This document shows positions 8,994-18,188 of a stretch of 64,000 nucleotides of DNA, piece by piece. The translations under genes and the position numbers were made by a program. Below the pieces are notes generated by a model, which ran no database searches, was not told where the DNA came from, and saw nothing but the letters and a program-made list of their open reading frames with translations. Every line of letters starts with the position of its first letter. Within the stretch, counting starts at the first letter, position 1. Source of the stretch: a virus; IMG/VR virus record IMGVR_UViG_3300034101_003479, positions 21,871-85,870 of that record. One strand, written 5' to 3'.

Positions 8994-9805
8994 AAGTGTA
9001 ACCTCCATATACCGTCGCATCTTAAGGCATGTGCCTGTAAGGTAATTCTTCGTTCATCTGTTTTTGCATTTACTGGTGGGGCAATTTGATGCCATGGATC
9101 ACCAATAACATAAAACAAACTTCCCTTAAAGTATTCTACAATCTTTGGCTTATCCATATCAAACTCTAAAATCTTTTCGCCATTAAATGGATAACCAGAA
9201 GCAGATTTAATTCTATCTAAATCTGACATAGCGTCCTTTTTTATACTATTTGCATATTCTGTTTCAGAATCCATATCCATATCTTTGTCCCAAACTACAA
9301 GGCCAGATCCATTTTTATGAATGTCTAAAGCAACAGTTATTGTTAGTAGGTCATCTTCAACTTCTTTATACTTTGACCAAACTCCCTTATGATTATATGA
9401 AACTGTATCTGAATGTAGCTCTGTGGAATATCCAAGATTTGGTATTGGGTTAGCCGACCCCATGTTTTTCTTTTTTAAACCAAAAACTTGAAACCCAGGA
9501 ATAGCAAGGCTTTCCTCTAATTCACATTTGCCAACTAGTGGCTCCATTGTTTTAATAATTAATTCGTATAAATAAGAAAAGTTTTCTTTTAATACCGAAT
9601 TCATCTTGACTGCGGAGTCAGCATATTGATTTGGTCTAGCACCTTTATAGGAATCTAAGTACGATGCTGCTCCTACTGTATAGAACATGTTTAAGCCGTT
9701 TCTTGGCCTTGGGGTCCAATGTTCTTCTAATCTATCTAATATATCGATTGTTTTTAGGCAATCTTCTTCAGACATTAATTTTATCAAGCCATATTGTTTA
9801 ATCAT
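8990..9805 (-). CDS. 2OG-Fe(II) oxygenase-like protein
   Basis: LHSD...TITVAL...GSGLVVW...WHQIAP...RRITLQAH gives an HxD..H..R arrangement. Confidence 0.7.
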   Translation of the reverse strand: MIKQYGLIKLMSEEDCLKTIDILDRLEEHWTPRPRNGLNMFYTVGAASYLDSYKGARPNQYADSAVKMNSVLKENFSYLYELIIKTMEPLVGKCELEESLAIPGFQVFGLKKKNMGSANPIPNLGYSTELHSDTVSYNHKGVWSKYKEVEDDLLTITVALDIHKNGSGLVVWDKDMDMDSETEYANSIKKDAMSDLDRIKSASGYPFNGEKILEFDMDKPKIVEYFKGSLFYVIGDPWHQIAPPVNAKTDERRITLQAHALRCDGIWRLHF

Positions 9806-9933
9806 TTTTGTATTTTCTTTTTAGTTATATAGGGACCAAGATCTGCTTTGATTGCTCCATCTTTTCTTAGCCTAACAATTCTACCATTTTTAATAACTGT
9901 TTTATTAAAAGGTATCTTATTATTATTTCCCAT
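9802..9933 (-). CDS. small basic protein (43 aa)
   Basis: MGNNNKIPFNKTVIKNGRIVRLRKDGAIKADLGPYITKKKIQK; ATGA overlap with the downstream gene. Confidence 0.55.
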   Translation of the reverse strand: MGNNNKIPFNKTVIKNGRIVRLRKDGAIKADLGPYITKKKIQK

Positions 9934-10231
9934 TTTTTTCCTCCCAACAATTTATTAACTCTTCTAAAACAGACCACTCAATTATTCCTAGTCTAACCTT
10001 TGACTCATTGCCTATTATTATTTTGAGCGCTGGGTGCATGTCTCTATCCACCTTAAATGTGTCTGTGCATATTTTTGCCCAAACATCTTTATTTAATGTA
10101 AATGACTTTGAAGCCTCTTTATAATCAACTAAGAACTGGTTCCACTTAGCATCACCTTTTTGATAGTCTCCCCTGCCAGAATTTTTTTGAGCTTTTGCGC
10201 CATCACGTTTAACCTCTGATCGTTCCGACAT
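9923..10231 (-). CDS. small PD-(D/E)XK resolvase-like nuclease
   Basis: NSGRGDYQKGDA...LVDYKE motif. Confidence 0.6.
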   Translation of the reverse strand: MSERSEVKRDGAKAQKNSGRGDYQKGDAKWNQFLVDYKEASKSFTLNKDVWAKICTDTFKVDRDMHPALKIIIGNESKVRLGIIEWSVLEELINCWEEKNGK

Positions 10232-10419
10232 TAGTTCACCCTGTATTGATTGCTATGTCCATCGGGGCACTGCCAAGACATTATTAATGTATCTGGGTCC
10301 CAGAAAGACTCTTCTGCATCTTTACTGCATTTGCCACATGGTTTTGTTCCAGAAATAGTTTCTAGATTATTCTTTTGTATCTTTTCTTTTTTATTAAAGA
10401 ATTCATTTAGATTGGGCAT
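10231..10419 (-). CDS. small zinc-ribbon protein
   Basis: CGKC...CPDGH. Confidence 0.55.
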   Translation of the reverse strand: MPNLNEFFNKKEKIQKNNLETISGTKPCGKCSKDAEESFWDPDTLIMSWQCPDGHSNQYRVN

Positions 10420-11314
10420 TGATGTTAACCCTTTCCATTTGATCTGTATTTAATATTTTTGGTGGAAGAACCCAAGTTGATAAGTCTTTCATTCCTGGTG
10501 AGGTCAGGAAAACCACACCATCTTCTTCCCACATAAAAGGAACTTTGTGGTTTGTTTGATTTGAAGATTTTGTATACGATCCAGATTTAAATTCGTCAGA
10601 ACCTTCTGTCTCTATACAATAATTCATTCTAATTGCGTATCTATCGTTTTTATATGTAGTAAGTACACCGTGATAAAATGGCTCACATGAAGGGAAAACA
10701 ACGGCATCTCCTGCTTTTGGTTTTAGTCCAACTATTTTTGTTCCGTCAAAGAAACAAATTTCTCCTCCATCATAGTCATCGTTTAGGTATAGCATTACTG
10801 TAAAGATTAGTTTATATCCTGGAGAGTCCATATCTTGTTCAAAATAGTCACTGTGAAATGCAGAGGATGTCTTTAAAAATCTTTTATCTTGATAATCTTT
10901 TTCATAGTTATACTTCAGAAATGCAATTTTTGTATTTTTTGCCTCTGTCAGTAAATCAACCTTCTTATAGGAACTTGGCCAAATGTTTTTGTTTCCATAT
11001 TTAGATATAAAATCTTTTGAAATATACTTATATGAATTATAAATATTTTGGAAAATTTCTTTTTGACGGACATCCTCTTGATTATTTTTGTCTAAAGGAT
11101 TTGCATTAATTGATTGAGAGTCTATTTCTGTCATTATACCCATGTCTCCCCAATCATGAAATTTTTTCATAATGTAGGTATCTTCGGTATAACTTTCTGC
11201 TTCCTTGAAAAAAGAAAGCAGCTTATCAATATCCTTAAAAGCATTTCTATATACAATTGCACCAGGGATTAAACTGTATGCTTCTATATCATTTGCTTTA
11301 TCAGAATTTTGCAT
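10403..11314 (-). CDS. prolyl-4-hydroxylase-like 2OG-Fe(II) oxygenase
   Basis: FHSD...TVMLYLNDDYDGGEICF...KPKAGDAVVFPS...YHGV...RYAI. Confidence 0.88.
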   Translation of the reverse strand: MQNSDKANDIEAYSLIPGAIVYRNAFKDIDKLLSFFKEAESYTEDTYIMKKFHDWGDMGIMTEIDSQSINANPLDKNNQEDVRQKEIFQNIYNSYKYISKDFISKYGNKNIWPSSYKKVDLLTEAKNTKIAFLKYNYEKDYQDKRFLKTSSAFHSDYFEQDMDSPGYKLIFTVMLYLNDDYDGGEICFFDGTKIVGLKPKAGDAVVFPSCEPFYHGVLTTYKNDRYAIRMNYCIETEGSDEFKSGSYTKSSNQTNHKVPFMWEEDGVVFLTSPGMKDLSTWVLPPKILNTDQMERVNINAQSK

Positions 11315-12305
11315 CTATTTCCTCTTTTAGTTTAACAACAACTTCTGGATTGTCCTTTAGGTACTGCACAGCTTTGGCACGACCCTGAAGTCTTTCACCG
11401 TTGACTGTATACCAAGCTCCGCCTTTTTCAACAACCCCTGTCATTTCTGCAACGTCTAATGTCTCTCCTATATAATCTACACCAAGAGTTTCCCCTTGGT
11501 AGTAAAAGTCATACTGTCCTGAAAGATTAGGGGGGCCGAGTTTGTTGTAATCAATAATCCAGTTAACTGGTCTTCCGACTCTTTGTTCGATAATCTTGTC
11601 GCCAACTTTAATACCAGCTTTAATAGCATTAGCCTCAGCTTCAGACGACCATAGCTTAATGACTGTGGAAGAAAAGAACTTGACTGCCATGCCACCTGTG
11701 GGGATGTGACTAGCATGCATAGATCCAAATTGATTTCTTTGTTGCGAGATGAGAACAAGTAGTGTTTTTTTGTTTGCATAATTTAACATCTTGACTGCGT
11801 GGGTCATATCCTTTGCTTCAGCGCCGATTTGCTTTGTATCCTGCAAATCTTTCATTTCATTTCCATCTTTTTCAAAATAAATTGCTGGCAACAATGCAGA
11901 AATTGAGTCAACAACTATCATATCAACGCCAGCATCCATTAGTTTTGTTGCAACATCAACCATATCGTTAACTGTTTTTGCTGAAGAATAAATTAGTTTA
12001 GATGAATCTACTCCTAAAGACTCTGCCCAAGACTGATCGTAAGAAGCTTCAGCATCAATCCATGCACAAGTCTTGCCCTCTTTCTGAGCTATTGCTATCA
12101 TCTGTAAACAAAAAGAAGATTTTCCAGCAGACTTATTTCCCCATACAAGAACTTGTCTGCCGTAGCCTAGCCCTCCACGGAGAGCCATGTTTAATCCAAT
12201 GCTTGGTGTTTTTTGTTTTTCAACAACAACATTTTGTGCTGATTGCACTCTTGCTCTTGTTTTTGGGTCTAGCTTTGCTAATACATCATCTATTAAAATA
12301 TTCAT
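11301..12305 (-). CDS. recA: RecA/UvsX-like recombinase
   Basis: TPSIGLNMAL, WGNKSAGKSS P-loop, WIDAEAS, IVVDSISAL, TGGMAVKFFSS. Confidence 0.93.
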   Translation of the reverse strand: MNILIDDVLAKLDPKTRARVQSAQNVVVEKQKTPSIGLNMALRGGLGYGRQVLVWGNKSAGKSSFCLQMIAIAQKEGKTCAWIDAEASYDQSWAESLGVDSSKLIYSSAKTVNDMVDVATKLMDAGVDMIVVDSISALLPAIYFEKDGNEMKDLQDTKQIGAEAKDMTHAVKMLNYANKKTLLVLISQQRNQFGSMHASHIPTGGMAVKFFSSTVIKLWSSEAEANAIKAGIKVGDKIIEQRVGRPVNWIIDYNKLGPPNLSGQYDFYYQGETLGVDYIGETLDVAEMTGVVEKGGAWYTVNGERLQGRAKAVQYLKDNPEVVVKLKEEIDAKF

Positions 12306-12405
12306 TGTTTTCTTTCTCTATATGCTTATTATAGCATTAAAATCAGGGTTTGTGTCATTGTAATTAAAGTCTTTTGATCTTTTATTTAATACGGGAGCAG
12401 GAATT

Positions 12406-12645
12406 TCATTGATCTGATTCTGCATCAGCATCCTGATTATCAGTTTGTTGTTCAATGTTCTCCTTTAGCTCAAATACAAACGAGGAGCTATCCTCAAGAT
12501 ATTCGACGTTTAAACTTTTTTCTGAGTTAGATGCGTTTAAAAATACATCAATCGGAATTGATACCTTTTTTTGCGACTCTAATATTGCAACTAAAATATT
12601 AGTAGCATTCATTGCTTGATATATTTCTGCTGGGGTTTTACTCAT
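12406..12645 (-). CDS. hypothetical acidic protein
   Basis: 79-aa ORF coupled to the dnaE stop. Confidence 0.55.
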   Translation of the reverse strand: MSKTPAEIYQAMNATNILVAILESQKKVSIPIDVFLNASNSEKSLNVEYLEDSSSFVFELKENIEQQTDNQDADAESDQ

Positions 12646-15600
12646 CTTATTTCCTTTATCATTAAAGTTCCATCTTCTAGTTTAGACAAAACGGGTTTAC
12701 ATTTCATTCCCTCACGCATTCTGCCAAGCACCTTTGAATACATAGTTGGGAAAGCAATTGCACGTTGCAATTCTTTATTTTTATTAGTCATAACAATGTG
12801 TGCCATTGTTTTTCCAGCTTTTGTTTTATATGGATTAAAATTAATTACCATCATTTCATCATCTTCCATATCATATTCTTTTCTATACAGATAGTCAACA
12901 AATAGGTCTGAGCCATTGGGGTCAATTTCATTGACCTTAACGTATCTTGCAATTCTATTATCTCCGACCAGAATAAAATACATCTGTCCTGTTTCAATTT
13001 GAGTTTGCTCATTATGAAATAATCCAATTGATCCAGTTTCATCAACAAGCTCTACTCTAGCCCACCCAGTTCCTCTTTTTATACTTTTAACCATTCCAAA
13101 TACTGGGAATGATCCTAGGTCATCAAAGTCTTGAATTGGTCTTGCTTGAGCTTTAATTCTTGGTGGCAAATCAATATTAAATGTTGGTATACCTAAGTAT
13201 TCGTAATAGTTTTCTTTTTCTTTGCCAGTACGCTTATTATCCTCAAAAGCAGCCCCACCAATACTATTAAGAGCAGAAATAGCCCTGCTGTTAATCCCAC
13301 TACCCTTGGTAGACGCCTTTTGAATAAACTCCGAATAGTCTTCATACGGTCTCTTTTCTATGATTTTATTAGCTATGCTGTCCGATATAAACTTGACTTC
13401 AGCTAAGCCAAATTGAACTGCATTTTCTTTAAGAGAAAAATACAATTCTGATTCATTGATGTGAGGCAATAAAATTTTAAGATTTAATCTCTTAGCCTCA
13501 ATCAAATATTCTGTTCTTTTATCTTTGTCATTTTCGTTTTTAAGAATTGAAAAAATAAATTCAAGTGGGTAATAGTGCTTAAGCCAAGCCGTATAATAAC
13601 TAAGCATGGAATAAGCAACAGCATGGCTACGGTTAAAAGAGTAGCCAGCATGAGCCTCGAAATCATGCCATAACGCTTCGGCCTTTTTCTTAGTAATGTG
13701 TTTTGAAGCCCCATCAATAAATTGATCTTTGAACTGGTCGAATTCTTTTGCATCCTTCTTCTTTCCGATGATTTTACGAACTTTGTCAGCTTCTGACCAA
13801 GACATACCACCTAAATGTACACAAGCCTGCATAACTTGCTCCTGATATATAATAACACCATACGTATTTTCTGTAAAAGGCTTCATAATCTCATGAACAT
13901 AGCTAACGGCTTCTCGTCCATGCTTTCTATTAATATATGAAGCTCCTACAGTATTCATTGCTCCTGGTCTAACCAAAGCATTAGATGCAGCAAGATCTTC
14001 AAATTTGTCCACACCCATTTTAATTAAAAGGTTTGTGTACGGTGTAGCTTCAGCTTGGAATACTCCCTTTGTATATCCTTCGCTTAATGTTTTATAAACA
14101 TCTAGGTCGTCAAGTGGTAATTCAGACAATACAATTTCTTTATTGTGTCTTTCTTTGATTGCTTTTAATGTGTCTGAAATTACAGATAATGTTTTTAGTC
14201 CAAGTGCATCTAGCTTAATAAGACCAATGTCTGCGACTGTATCCATGTCATACGCTACTACTGGGATACGACCAGAAACTTTATCTTGTGCATCCTCACG
14301 AGATTCAATAGGAGCAAAATTTCTTAGATCATCCTTTGCAACGACAACTCCAGCAGCATGAACTCCAACGCTTCTAATTTTTCCACGCAGTCTTTCTGCA
14401 AGCCACACAACTTCTGGGTACTTCATTCTAAACTCTTTTGTGTTTGGAGACTCCATAAAGTCTTCAAATGTATCAATTGATTTCATTGCACGATTTACAT
14501 CCTGCAACGGAACCATAAATACACGAGCAGCATCTCTAATTACTCCCTTATCTTTAAAGTAAGTGTATGTAGAAATAGATGCCACATGCTTGAATTTCTT
14601 TTTGAGGTAATCCTTTACTTCCTTACGGCGACGATCTTCAAAGTCTGTGTCGATATCTGGAAAGTCGTTACGTTCTGGATTAATAAATCTAAAAAATAGC
14701 AAGTCATACTCAATTGGGTCTACATCTGTAATTCCAAGAGAGTAGCAGACCAAAGACCCAGCAGCAGAACCACGTCCTGGACCCACCATGATATTATTTT
14801 GTTTAGCCCAATTAATCATATCTGCTACCACAAGAAAGTATGATGCAAATGATTTATCTTTAATTATAGATAACTCTTCTGCTAGCCTGTCCGTGTAGAC
14901 CTGGTCCCCGTCCAGACCTAGCCTTTTAAGGCCCTCAGAGGCCATTTGAGAGAGTTTCTCGTCAGCATCCGTCTTGGGTACTGGGAGTAGGTCTAAACCG
15001 CTGTTAAAATCGTATTGGCCAATTTTATTGGCTATCTCAATAGTGTTCTCATAAATGTCTGTTCGTTTAATTCCAGATTTATTAAAGTCTGACTCTATTT
15101 CTTCCCTAGATTGGATAAATAGGTTATAGTCTTGAAAAGAGATTCTTCTATCTGGATATAGGTAGTTGAATCGATCTAGCATATTATTCATATTTCTAGA
15201 CATTTCAAAGTCTGCTTCTTTATCTGATTTAGGTGATGTGGAAAGAATTAGCATGGCTTCTTCCAAAACCTTATCTTCGCCTTTAGCAAAGTGTGCATCT
15301 CCTGTGGCAACTGGCTTGATTCCAAGCTCATCTGCCAACTCTAGCAACTTGCTATTTATTTCTTCTGGGTTGTGAGACTGTACTTCAATGTAAAAGTCTT
15401 CGCCAAAAGTTTGCTTAAAGTCCTTGAGTATAAGTTTTGCTTCTGAGAATTCCTGGCGTTCAATAGCTTTACTAATAAGACCATTGAGGCATCCAGAAAG
15501 AACAATAATGTCTTTTGCATATTCCTTTAGAACCTCCCTATCAATTCTAGGCTTATGGTAAAACCCTTCGTTCCAAGCTAATTCTTGCAGTCTATTAATA

Positions 15601-15908
15601 TTGCTTAGTCCGTTTTGATTTTTTGCTAACAAAATAATGTGATTGTATGCCTGTATGCTTTTGTCTGTTTTAGATGATCTATCAAATCTATCTGTCGGTG
15701 ATATGTATGCCTCTACTCCAAGGATTGGCTTAATACCCAATTCCTTGGCTGCAATTTGCATTTCACGATGTGATGATAGTGTACCATGATCTGTAATAGC
15801 AATTGCTGTTTGTCCAGCATCTAATGCTGCTTGGCAAAGCTCTCTAGGGGAGTTTAGACCGTCCATTAATGAGTAGTATGAGTGAACATGTAAGTGTGCA
15901 AAACTCAT
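12642..15908 (-). CDS. dnaE: DNA polymerase III alpha subunit
   Basis: PHP domain HLHVHSYYSLMDG, GPGRGSAAGSLV, FPDIDTDF, GLIKLDALGL, YSFNRSHAVAY; start revised to MSFAHL at 15908. Confidence 0.96.
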   Translation of the reverse strand: MSFAHLHVHSYYSLMDGLNSPRELCQAALDAGQTAIAITDHGTLSSHREMQIAAKELGIKPILGVEAYISPTDRFDRSSKTDKSIQAYNHIILLAKNQNGLSNINRLQELAWNEGFYHKPRIDREVLKEYAKDIIVLSGCLNGLISKAIERQEFSEAKLILKDFKQTFGEDFYIEVQSHNPEEINSKLLELADELGIKPVATGDAHFAKGEDKVLEEAMLILSTSPKSDKEADFEMSRNMNNMLDRFNYLYPDRRISFQDYNLFIQSREEIESDFNKSGIKRTDIYENTIEIANKIGQYDFNSGLDLLPVPKTDADEKLSQMASEGLKRLGLDGDQVYTDRLAEELSIIKDKSFASYFLVVADMINWAKQNNIMVGPGRGSAAGSLVCYSLGITDVDPIEYDLLFFRFINPERNDFPDIDTDFEDRRRKEVKDYLKKKFKHVASISTYTYFKDKGVIRDAARVFMVPLQDVNRAMKSIDTFEDFMESPNTKEFRMKYPEVVWLAERLRGKIRSVGVHAAGVVVAKDDLRNFAPIESREDAQDKVSGRIPVVAYDMDTVADIGLIKLDALGLKTLSVISDTLKAIKERHNKEIVLSELPLDDLDVYKTLSEGYTKGVFQAEATPYTNLLIKMGVDKFEDLAASNALVRPGAMNTVGASYINRKHGREAVSYVHEIMKPFTENTYGVIIYQEQVMQACVHLGGMSWSEADKVRKIIGKKKDAKEFDQFKDQFIDGASKHITKKKAEALWHDFEAHAGYSFNRSHAVAYSMLSYYTAWLKHYYPLEFIFSILKNENDKDKRTEYLIEAKRLNLKILLPHINESELYFSLKENAVQFGLAEVKFISDSIANKIIEKRPYEDYSEFIQKASTKGSGINSRAISALNSIGGAAFEDNKRTGKEKENYYEYLGIPTFNIDLPPRIKAQARPIQDFDDLGSFPVFGMVKSIKRGTGWARVELVDETGSIGLFHNEQTQIETGQMYFILVGDNRIARYVKVNEIDPNGSDLFVDYLYRKEYDMEDDEMMVINFNPYKTKAGKTMAHIVMTNKNKELQRAIAFPTMYSKVLGRMREGMKCKPVLSKLEDGTLMIKEIR

Positions 15909-16114
15909 TAATATCCCCCCATGCATTCGTTTCTAGTATGATAAAGTCTAATCTTTGTCATAGTCTTTTTGTTTGGAGCATATAGCTCTTCTCCACAACA
16001 TGCAGTTTTTAGATACCATTCTTTTGCAAAGAAATCGTAAACCATGCCCTTGTAGTTATAGTATTTATTAGCCACAAATGTTGTAAATGGATCTGGTATG
16101 TCTAAGTTAATCAT
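15908..16114 (-). CDS. hypothetical protein
   Basis: 68-aa ORF; TAATG overlap with dnaE; GGCGGA upstream. Confidence 0.55.
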   Translation of the reverse strand: MINLDIPDPFTTFVANKYYNYKGMVYDFFAKEWYLKTACCGEELYAPNKKTMTKIRLYHTRNECMGGY

Positions 16115-16133
16115 TTCCGCCTTTTCTTTCTAG

Positions 16134-16206
16134 TACCAAGGGTGGGATTCGAACCCACGCTTTATAAATTTTAAGTCTACCGCCTCTACCACTGGGCTAC
16201 CCTGGC
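16134..16206 (-). tRNA. tRNA-Leu (anticodon UAA), short variable loop
   Basis: GCCAGGG-TA-GCCC AGTGGTAGA GGC-G-GTAGA CT TAA AA TTTAT-AAAGC-GTGGG TTCGAAT CCCAC-CCTTGGT-A; cloverleaf folds by hand; CCA not encoded (CTA). Confidence 0.85.
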
Positions 16207-16209
16207 AGA

Positions 16210-16231
16210 GTGGGGCGGTTTCCCGCCCCAC
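16210..16231 (-). other. GC-rich stem-loop (GAAA tetraloop) between ssb and the tRNA
   Basis: GTGGGGCGG-GAAA-CCGCCCCAC; no U-tract on the coding strand. Confidence 0.6.
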
Positions 16232-16234
16232 CTT

Positions 16235-16900
16235 TTACCACTCTACGCTACCTGAGCCTGAAGACTGATCTTCTCCGCCTTCGCCGTTAAAAAAGGATTC
16301 TTGTTCTGTGTAGGGTAGATCACGAACTGCAACCTTTTCTAATTCGTATAATTCCAAGCTGGAAGAATCAAAAGGGGATTCATCTTTTGCTAGTGGAATT
16401 GCTGTATAGCTTGTGTCTGTTTTTGTGCCTGTACGCTTAATGCGCCACACTAAGTTTGAAATGCTACCCATTTCGCCAGCATATTCAATTAGTGTTGGGG
16501 TAATAGTCTTTCCGCTACTTCCCTGAGACAAGATGGCAACGTATGGCTCTTCTTTACCATCGTCTACAAGAACATTGATGTAAAGACGAGAACGTCCCTT
16601 CCATCCTGCCTTGTAATCCTTGCGATGTTGTTCACATCCCCAGCATTTTCCTTGATCATCAATTGTGCATAATGCTTTGCGCTTATAATCTCTTGGGTTT
16701 GTGTGTTCTACTGCAATGAACCCAAGGCTATTTTTTTCATTATAATGTGGGGAGTCAGGATCTAATTCCTGAAGAAATCTAATCTTTACACTTTCTGAAT
16801 CATCTAATTTTACCCAACGAGCTTTCGTGCCGTCTCCGCCAGATGATTGCGGTTTATCCATAACTTTATTTAAATCTTTTAGTCCTTTTACTAGACCCAT
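16235..16900 (-). CDS. single-stranded DNA-binding protein (gp32-like)
   Basis: KIRFL, zinc-like H/C cluster (ALC...CWGC), RIKRTGTKTDTSY, acidic C-tail; lies next to primase. Confidence 0.75.
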   Translation of the reverse strand: MGLVKGLKDLNKVMDKPQSSGGDGTKARWVKLDDSESVKIRFLQELDPDSPHYNEKNSLGFIAVEHTNPRDYKRKALCTIDDQGKCWGCEQHRKDYKAGWKGRSRLYINVLVDDGKEEPYVAILSQGSSGKTITPTLIEYAGEMGSISNLVWRIKRTGTKTDTSYTAIPLAKDESPFDSSSLELYELEKVAVRDLPYTEQESFFNGEGGEDQSSGSGSVEW

Positions 16901-16953
16901 TTTTTCCTCTTTTCTATAGTTGATGGTATAAATCCATCTGTTACTTTATTATA

Positions 16954-17952
16954 TCACAAGCTCCAGGATTTGTATTCTATGTCAGAAACAGCATTATTTA
17001 TACAATGCTTAATTTCATCCTCAGTCATATCTCCTGCATCTTTTGCATCATTAGGGTATATCTTACCATAAGAATACGAAGCCCACAAGATGTCTTTGTT
17101 CTTTAATTTATTAGAAATAGATAGCCCTAATTCTCTTCCAGCCTGATCTGCATCTGTCATTATAACTATTCTATTAAAGTATCTATTAAGTAGATTTAAA
17201 TTATCTGTTGATATGTGTCCGCCTAAAGTTGCAATAACATTTGGAAACCCTGACTGGTGCACTCTAATTGCATCAAAGCTAGACTCAACAATGATTACTT
17301 GATCTCCAATTCTTTTTGCTCTATGAATATTAAATAATGTTTTGTTTTTAGGAAGATTTGTACTGTTCTTAAATTTCTTTTCTAATATTGATCTGCCAAC
17401 CAAACCAACTGGTATCCCGTCTGGGCTGTGTACTGGAACAATAACCATTCCTTGTGCCTCAGAGTATCCCAATTTAAAATGACTCATAGACTCTTGATTG
17501 ATTCCACGAGATTCAAAGTAATCTCTAGCTGGCTTGTTTAGCGCTAGCTCTAATGACAAATCGTCTAGCTTTCTTTGATCAAACTCTATAAAGTCTGGCT
17601 TGTCCTCAAACATTTGACTTAATGCTTCGTCAAAGTTGTCTAAAGCCTGTGATTCTTTTGCAGTAATTAATCTAATGGCTTCAAAATCATTTTTATTTGC
17701 AATTCTTTTAACTAGTTGAACTATGTTTCCAGTTTCTCCGCATGAAGGATTAAAGCAAAGCCATGCCCCATTTTCTTCGCTGATATAGAAGCTTGGGCTA
17801 TGTGTGTTGTTATGGAAAGGGCAATATATTACTAGGTTATTGTTAGACTCGCTAATTATTCTTAAGCCTATTTCTTTTACTACTGACTTAATGTGTTTTG
17901 GTGCATACTGCGTGGTATTAGCTTTCCCTGTGTTATTCCCTCTGAGTGCCAT
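16954..17952 (-). CDS. dnaG: DNA primase (CHC2 zinc finger + TOPRIM)
   Basis: CPFHNNTHSPSF...CFNPSC; IIVESSFDAI; MTDADQAG; start probably MALRG at 17952. Confidence 0.9.
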   Translation of the reverse strand: MALRGNNTGKANTTQYAPKHIKSVVKEIGLRIISESNNNLVIYCPFHNNTHSPSFYISEENGAWLCFNPSCGETGNIVQLVKRIANKNDFEAIRLITAKESQALDNFDEALSQMFEDKPDFIEFDQRKLDDLSLELALNKPARDYFESRGINQESMSHFKLGYSEAQGMVIVPVHSPDGIPVGLVGRSILEKKFKNSTNLPKNKTLFNIHRAKRIGDQVIIVESSFDAIRVHQSGFPNVIATLGGHISTDNLNLLNRYFNRIVIMTDADQAGRELGLSISNKLKNKDILWASYSYGKIYPNDAKDAGDMTEDEIKHCINNAVSDIEYKSWSL

Positions 17953-18188
17953 GCCTTTTTCCTTCCTGTGTATACACCATGGAGTGTCATTAAGAACCTC
18001 CATGTTTGTCCTGTAAATTCTACCGAAAATGCTGTGTCTATGTCAAGTACTCTTGAATATCCTTTATCCCTCATTTGATGAGTTAGCATATTTTCATATT
18101 GATTTCTAATTCTAATCATGTCTGAGTCGTCTTTAAACTCGACATCAATTTGAAATCTTTTAATTGGCTTGTGGTGGTACGTAGTCAT
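17880..18188 (-). CDS. hypothetical protein
   Basis: 102-aa ORF between helicase and primase. Confidence 0.6.
   Translation of the reverse strand: MTTYHHKPIKRFQIDVEFKDDSDMIRIRNQYENMLTHQMRDKGYSRVLDIDTAFSVEFTGQTWRFLMTLHGVYTGRKKAWHSEGITQGKLIPRSMHQNTLSQ

Noticed and set aside
16134-16206. tRNA as an ochre suppressor, or an alternative genetic code
   Set aside because: The 7-nt loop CT-TAA-AA gives anticodon UAA (reads the Leu codon UUA). Long genes are intact in code 11, and TAA, TAG and TGA are all used as stops.
16210-16231. Hairpin as an intrinsic terminator for ssb
   Set aside because: There is no U-tract on the coding strand and the tRNA begins 3 nt later; kept only as a structural element.
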